From Elusimicrobiota bacterium (GTDB lineage: Bacteria; Elusimicrobiota; Elusimicrobia; Elusimicrobiales; UBA9959), in assembly GCA_036574205.1 (NCBI GenBank), contig JAINCQ010000017.1, positions 1 through 64,000 of the forward strand: a DNA stretch of 64,000 bases, given 5' to 3'. Shown here piece by piece: positions 58,759 through 64,000 of the stretch; position 1 is the stretch's first letter; each line of letters starts with the position of its first letter. The translations under genes and the position numbers were made by a program. Under the pieces are notes generated by a model. It was not told the DNA's origin. It did no database searches and was given only the letters and a program-made list of their open reading frames with translations.

Positions 58759-58843
58759 ATAAAACCTAAAATTATATTTTCTCAAAATTTTTTTGTAAGA
58801 CTTTCTATAAATTACAGGATAGTACTATTGTTTGATTGAAATT

Positions 58844-58886
58844 TAGGTCCTATGTCCCTTAACATTATGATTTAATGCATTAAAAT
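58844..58886 (+). promoter_or_regulatory. Conserved upstream motif plus promoter of the deiminase gene
   Basis: TAGGTCCTATGTCCC, then TTAACA 58859-58864 and TAAAAT 58881-58886. Confidence 0.55.
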
Positions 58887-58920
58887 ATAAATATGTCTTG
58901 TTAAATCCGGAGGAAAATTT

Positions 58921-60111
58921 ATGATTAAAATAATATTGTTATCACTTTTAATCTTTAATTCAACAAAACTTTTTTCAATTGATCTTGACAATCCCTTGCC
59001 AAACTGGCTTGACCTGAAAAGAGAAATAAAACATGAAAAAAACATAAGACTTCCTAAAATAAAAATTGTTCCGCCTTCTGATTTTAGAATACCAGCGGAA
59101 TATGAACCTGCTGCCGCTGTTTTAATATCTTATGCAGGTTATACCTCAATGTTAAGCAACATAGCAAAGGCTGTAACAAATAACACAAATGCTCATATAT
59201 GGGTTATGTCTGGACCTTCTTCTATGAGCGGGGTCCCAAAAGATAAGTATGTCAATTTTTCTATACCAATAGACACAGTGTGGATGAGAGATTACGGACC
59301 TTTTGGGCTTTCTAAAAAACAGGAAAAACTTGGAATAGTTGATACGGTATACAGGCATTATCAATATAGAACAGATGATGACGCCGTCCCTAAAAAAATA
59401 GGAGAGGCTAAAGGGATAAACGTTTATAGCGCAGATATAATACTTGATGGTGGAAATTTTATGGTGGATAGTTACGGTAATCTATTTATGACTGAAAGGA
59501 CCTATATATGGAACAGCAACAAATCAAAAGATCAGGTTAATTCTATATTGAAGGATTACTTTAAAATAAAGAATATTTATACTTTTGAATATGCCGGGTA
59601 TCCTGGCGAGCCTTATGATGGTACAGGGCATATTGATATGTTTATGAAACTTTTAAATGATAATACTGTTTTGATTGCTGATACCGATGTGGAGCCTTTT
59701 AAATCTGTTTTCAATAAAGCTGCTGAGTTTTTTAAGGAAAGGAATGCTCCAAATGGAAAACCTTATAGAGTTTTAAGGGTTAAGGGTTATTATAAAAACA
59801 ATGTTTGGTATACTTATACAAATTCTCTTATAGTTAACGGTTATGTATTGATGCCTTCTTATTCAAGTTATTCTTCTTCCAATCTGGATGCTCAAAGGAT
59901 ATATGAAGAAGCGGGACTAAAAGTTTTGGCGATTAATTCCGATTCATCTATAACCGCAGGGGGGTCAATTCACTGTGTTACTCAGGTAATTCCTGATATA
60001 GGAAAAATAATAAAAAAGGAAGCAGAATCTGAAAAGAATATCTCGGTTGATGATGTGGGGGTAAACACCATTGATTGGATAATTGATTCAGCAACTAATT
60101 TTACAAGATAA
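58921..60111 (+). CDS. Secreted agmatine deiminase / peptidylarginine deiminase (PPAD-type) family protein
   Basis: Signal peptide, PAEYE, WMRDYGP, DGGN, GHID, YTNSL, GGSIHCVTQ. Confidence 0.85.
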   Translation: MIKIILLSLLIFNSTKLFSIDLDNPLPNWLDLKREIKHEKNIRLPKIKIVPPSDFRIPAEYEPAAAVLISYAGYTSMLSNIAKAVTNNTNAHIWVMSGPSSMSGVPKDKYVNFSIPIDTVWMRDYGPFGLSKKQEKLGIVDTVYRHYQYRTDDDAVPKKIGEAKGINVYSADIILDGGNFMVDSYGNLFMTERTYIWNSNKSKDQVNSILKDYFKIKNIYTFEYAGYPGEPYDGTGHIDMFMKLLNDNTVLIADTDVEPFKSVFNKAAEFFKERNAPNGKPYRVLRVKGYYKNNVWYTYTNSLIVNGYVLMPSYSSYSSSNLDAQRIYEEAGLKVLAINSDSSITAGGSIHCVTQVIPDIGKIIKKEAESEKNISVDDVGVNTIDWIIDSATNFTR

Positions 60112-60116
60112 GTCTT

Positions 60117-61217
60117 TTATTTTTTGGGAAGATATATTCTAAATGATGCTCCGCGACTATCATTTCTGTTTGAGGCGTATATATAGCCATTATGATTTTT
60201 TATTATTCCATAGGTACTTGAAAGTCCAAGTCCAGTTCCTTTTCCCTTTAGTTTTGTTGTAAAAAAAGGCTCAAAAAGATGTTTTGCCGCATCTTCACTT
60301 ATTCCTTTTCCAGTATCCATTATTTCTATTACCGAATATTCTCCTTCATGATATGGTTCTTCATATTCTGAAGTAGTAGTTTTAGAGTATGTTTTTATAA
60401 TAATTTCTCCAACTCCATCTATTGCGTCCTTTGCGTTTGAAGTGAGATTTAATATAGCCTGTTTTATCAACTGTTCGTCAATATTTATTTTAGGGATGTT
60501 TTCTGAAAGCTGGATATTAAGAGTTATTTTGGAAGATACTTGAGATTGGATAAGCGGAATCATATCTGTTATTATTTGATTTAAAGAGGCTTCAGTATAT
60601 ATAGGTTGATGCTTCCTTGAAAACATTAAAAGTTGTTTTATGATTTTTGCCTGTTCTTTTGCACTTTTCAAAATCTCATCGGCAAGCTGGTAATGTACCA
60701 ACTTTTTGTCTATATCGTCTTTTATTAACTCAAGTCCGCCTATTATTACTGTAAGAAAGTTATTAAAATCATGAGCAAGTTCTCCTACCATAAGCGCAAC
60801 AGATTCAAGTTTTTGAGATTCTATAAGCTTATTTTCGAGTTCTATTATTTGAGTTATATCTTCTTCTCTTGATAAAAAATATTTTATTTCTCCATCTACT
60901 TTTATAGGTTGTATAGTTATCCTTAATTGGTATAGACTTCCATCTTTTCTTTTGTTTATCATTCTTGAAGAGAAAAAATTACCTTTTAAAATAGTGTTCC
61001 AGAGTTTTTTATATAATTCTTCATTATGCGTCCCACTTTTGAATATGGAGGTTTTCTTGCCTATTAACTCATCAATAGAATAACCTGTAGTTCTGGTTAC
61101 TGAAGAATTTGCATATATTATAATCCCATTTATATCGGTTATAAGATAGGGGACAAGAGTTTGATCTATTGCGCATTTTAATATCTTTGATAAATCTAAA
61201 TCTGAATTTACTTCCAT
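60117..61217 (-). CDS. Cytoplasmic PAS-domain sensor histidine kinase
   Basis: PAS (ITDINGIIIYAN...TGYS...NKRKDGS), H-box LAHDFNN, NLTSNAKDA, DTGKG, FEPFFTTK, GTGLGL. Confidence 0.9.
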   Translation of the reverse strand: MEVNSDLDLSKILKCAIDQTLVPYLITDINGIIIYANSSVTRTTGYSIDELIGKKTSIFKSGTHNEELYKKLWNTILKGNFFSSRMINKRKDGSLYQLRITIQPIKVDGEIKYFLSREEDITQIIELENKLIESQKLESVALMVGELAHDFNNFLTVIIGGLELIKDDIDKKLVHYQLADEILKSAKEQAKIIKQLLMFSRKHQPIYTEASLNQIITDMIPLIQSQVSSKITLNIQLSENIPKINIDEQLIKQAILNLTSNAKDAIDGVGEIIIKTYSKTTTSEYEEPYHEGEYSVIEIMDTGKGISEDAAKHLFEPFFTTKLKGKGTGLGLSSTYGIIKNHNGYIYASNRNDSRGASFRIYLPKK

Positions 61218-61311
61218 AATATGATTATATAAAATTTTAAAATGGAAACTTTATGATAATACTCGTACAAAAACTTGAATTTTTTTGTTTTTTTTGGTAA
61301 TATAGTATATT

Positions 61312-61611
61312 ATGTATGCAATAATTAAAACAGGTGGAAAACAGTACCGGGTTGTTCCGGGAAAAACTTTAAAGATTGAGAAAGTTAACGCCAAAGTTGG
61401 TGAAGAAATAGAATTTGAAGCACTTTGGTCTAGCGGAGAAAACAATAGTGTCTCATCAAATAAGGGAAAAGTTGTTGCTACAGTCATAAGACACTTAAAA
61501 AGCCCAAAGATCATAGTTTTTAAGAAAAAACCAAAGAAAGCCTATGAGAAATCAAAAGGACACAGGCAATCTCTTAGTGAAATAAGAATAAAAGATATCC
61601 ATTTGTCGTAA
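61312..61611 (+). CDS. rplU: 50S ribosomal protein L21
   Basis: [18 protein letters not shown]. Confidence 0.95.
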   Translation: MYAIIKTGGKQYRVVPGKTLKIEKVNAKVGEEIEFEALWSSGENNSVSSNKGKVVATVIRHLKSPKIIVFKKKPKKAYEKSKGHRQSLSEIRIKDIHLS

Positions 61612-61621
61612 GGAGTATATC

Positions 61622-61879
61622 ATGGCACATACTAAATCTCAGGGTTCATCTACTAATGGAAGAGATAGTAATCCAAAATACCTGGGTGTGAAAAGATATG
61701 GTGGGCAGTTTGTAAAAGCTGGAGAGATTATAGTCAGACAAAGAGGAAGTAAATTTTTACCGGGGCTTAATGTAAGATCTTCAAGGGATTTTACCTTATT
61801 TGCAATTAAAAGTGGGATAGTTAAATTTGAATATTTTAAGAAAGGCAAACAGCAGGTAAGTGTTTATCCTCAATCCTGA
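61622..61879 (+). CDS. rpmA: 50S ribosomal protein L27
   Basis: [23 protein letters not shown]. Confidence 0.95.
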   Translation: MAHTKSQGSSTNGRDSNPKYLGVKRYGGQFVKAGEIIVRQRGSKFLPGLNVRSSRDFTLFAIKSGIVKFEYFKKGKQQVSVYPQS

Positions 61880-61924
61880 TAAAAACCATTTATTTTCTAC
61901 CTAAAAAATCAATACAAAAAAAAT

Positions 61925-63196
61925 ATGGATGTTAAAGATTTTGTAGATAAGGTAAAGGTATATTTAAAAGCTGGGGACGGGGGTAATGGCTGCGCATCTT
62001 TTAGAAGAGAAAAATATGTTCCTTTCGGTGGACCAGATGGTGGAAATGGCGGCGATGGCGGAAGTATTTATATAGTGGCTTCAAAAGATTTGAATACCTT
62101 AACACGTTTGGCTTTAAACCCTCATATAAAAGCGGAAAGTGGAGAGCATGGAAAAGGATCAAATAAATTTGGCAAAAAAGCCAATGATTTATTCGTATAT
62201 GTTCCAATTGGGACTGTTGTAAAGGATATACAGGGTAATGTTTTGTGTGATTTAATTAAGGATGGAGATAAATTTTTAGCGGCAAAGGGGGGATGTGGAG
62301 GGCGAGGAAATGCTGCTTTTAAAACATCTGTAAATAAAGCTCCGTCTTTCTTTGAAAAAGGTGAAAAGGGAGAAGAAAAAACTCTTATACTCGAACTTCT
62401 TGTAATAGCAGATATTGGAATTATAGGATTCCCGAATGCGGGGAAATCAACGTTTCTTTCCAGGATTACAAAAGCAACTCCGAAAATAGCCGATTATCCT
62501 TTCACAACATTAAATCCCAATATTGGAGTTTGTTTTCATAAAGGCAGGTCTATTATTGTTGCTGATATCCCTGGGCTTATAGAAGGTGCAAGTGAAGGCA
62601 AGGGGCTTGGCGATAATTTCCTTAAACATATTTCAAGAACAAAAATTCTTTTACATCTTGTTGACCCCCTTGGCTTTTATAATGTAAATCCTATAAAATC
62701 CATTGAGATAATAAATAAAGAACTTAAAAAATATTCACCTGAACTTATGAAAAAGGAAAAAATAATAGCTATTAATAAATCGGATATTATTCAATCACTA
62801 AAAATTTATGAAAAGATTAAGAAAAAGTATAAAAAGGATAAGGTTTTTCTTATTTCTGCCGTCACAGGAACAGGGATAAATCCACTACTTGACTATATAC
62901 TTCAAAGAATTGACAAAATAAAACCTGATGAAAAAAAAATTTCTATTGTAAAAAAAGTTATTAAAATGGAAAAAGGATTTGAGATAGAAAAATATGGTGA
63001 AAAATTTTGTGTAAAAGGATTAAGTGTAGAAAAAATTGTGGATAAAACGGATTTAAATAATGAGGAAGCATTAAAACGACTTTTTAATATTTTCAGGAAA
63101 ATAGGACTGATTAAAGAGCTTCTTAAAAAAGGTATCAAGGAAGGCGATACCGTTTTAATAGGAAAAGAAGAGTTTATCTGGAAAAATTATTATTAA
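61925..63196 (+). CDS. obgE: GTPase Obg/CgtA with C-terminal OCT domain
   Basis: Gly-rich Obg fold, [22 protein letters not shown]-terminal [11 protein letters not shown]. Confidence 0.96.
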   Translation: MDVKDFVDKVKVYLKAGDGGNGCASFRREKYVPFGGPDGGNGGDGGSIYIVASKDLNTLTRLALNPHIKAESGEHGKGSNKFGKKANDLFVYVPIGTVVKDIQGNVLCDLIKDGDKFLAAKGGCGGRGNAAFKTSVNKAPSFFEKGEKGEEKTLILELLVIADIGIIGFPNAGKSTFLSRITKATPKIADYPFTTLNPNIGVCFHKGRSIIVADIPGLIEGASEGKGLGDNFLKHISRTKILLHLVDPLGFYNVNPIKSIEIINKELKKYSPELMKKEKIIAINKSDIIQSLKIYEKIKKKYKKDKVFLISAVTGTGINPLLDYILQRIDKIKPDEKKISIVKKVIKMEKGFEIEKYGEKFCVKGLSVEKIVDKTDLNNEEALKRLFNIFRKIGLIKELLKKGIKEGDTVLIGKEEFIWKNYY

Positions 63197-64000
63197 GATA
63201 GTCCTTAATTAATTTACTTCTTGATGGATGCCTTAACTTTCTTATTGCTTTCGCCTCTATCTGTCTTACTCTTTCTCTGGTGACCCTGAATATTTTTCCA
63301 ACTTCCTCAAGTGTTCTTGGATATCCAGTATCTATGCCAAATCTGAGTTTTAATATTTTGGCTTCCCTTGGAGTTAAGGTATCAAGTATTTTATTAACCT
63401 CTCTTTTCCTTAATATGTCTACAACTGAGTTTGAAGGAGGAGCGGCATATCTGTCTTCTATAAAATCTTCTAAGGATGAATCCTCATCTTCACCTATTGG
63501 GGTTGCAAGTGAAACAGGGTCCTGCATTATCTTAAGCGCAGTTTTAACTTTATCAACAGAAATTTTGAGTTTTTGGGCATATTCGGTTACATCTGGATCT
63601 TTACCATGTTCCTGTCTATATTTTTTTGCAACTTTCATAAGTTTTGAAACAAGCTCCTTCATATGAACAGGTATTCTGATCGTTCTTGATTGATCTGCTA
63701 TGGCTCTGTTTATGGACTGTCTTATCCACCAAGTGGCATATGTGGAAAATTTAAAACCTCTTTTATATTCAAATTTTTCCACAGCTTTCATAAGTCCAAG
63801 TCCTCCCTCCTGGATCAAATCAGAAAGCTCAAGGTTAGAATTTATATGTTTTTTAGCTATTGAGACAACAAGCCTTAGATTAGCTTTTATTAATTTTAAT
63901 TTATCCTGTAATATCTGATCTTCAAGAAAAAGTATCTTATTATTAAGAGCAAGAAACTCGTCAATATTTTGAGGTATTGTTTTTATAAGCATCTGTTGTT
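63174..64000 (-). CDS. rpoD: RNA polymerase primary sigma factor (3' part; 5' end outside the window)
   Basis: [54 protein letters not shown]. Confidence 0.93.
   Translation of the reverse strand, partial: QQMLIKTIPQNIDEFLALNNKILFLEDQILQDKLKLIKANLRLVVSIAKKHINSNLELSDLIQEGGLGLMKAVEKFEYKRGFKFSTYATWWIRQSINRAIADQSRTIRIPVHMKELVSKLMKVAKKYRQEHGKDPDVTEYAQKLKISVDKVKTALKIMQDPVSLATPIGEDEDSSLEDFIEDRYAAPPSNSVVDILRKREVNKILDTLTPREAKILKLRFGIDTGYPRTLEEVGKIFRVTRERVRQIEAKAIRKLRHPSRSKLIKDYLNNNFSR

Noticed and set aside
261..63918. Short ORFs of 60-130 aa antisense to or nested in long genes in the ORF track
   Set aside because: They are shadows of well-supported genes, with no recognisable motifs or RBS.

Overview
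A 64 kb, very AT-rich bacterial chromosomal segment. The gene repertoire (FN3 surface protein with a T9SS-like C-terminal domain next to a PorV-family gene, TPR-TM-kinase, Npt transporter) suggests Elusimicrobiota, but this is inference only. Housekeeping genes flank the window: gdhA, pfkA, rlmB, hpt-ftsH-dacA, an aminopeptidase and tdh on the left; tRNA-Val(GAC), thrS, rplU-rpmA-obgE and the 3' part of rpoD on the right. A 26 kb LPS/O-antigen locus (28.5-54.6 kb) holds rfbACB, gmd, manC, rfbD, galE, wzx, glycosyltransferases, two ligase/polymerase genes and wbaP. Five non-sugar genes interrupt it: two REP-associated HUH tyrosine transposases (RAYT), each with its own hairpin family, and three AAA_14/DUF4143 ATPase-nuclease genes. 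The most notable observation is that the ATPase genes look like self-contained inserted cassettes. Each has its own palindromic operator and an apparently leaderless promoter, one lies between perfect 35-bp direct repeats, and the other two sit among duplicated fragments of neighbouring genes. Other signals: a structured mini-element at the tRNA-Val 3' end, a 123-bp REP doublet present twice 30 kb apart, a MITE-like element, a recurring TAGGWCYTWTG-type motif abutting the -35 box of exported-protein genes, a 28-aa CdaR-like peptide missed by the ORF track, and a frameshifted GT2. All calls come from reading motifs by eye; no database searches were run.
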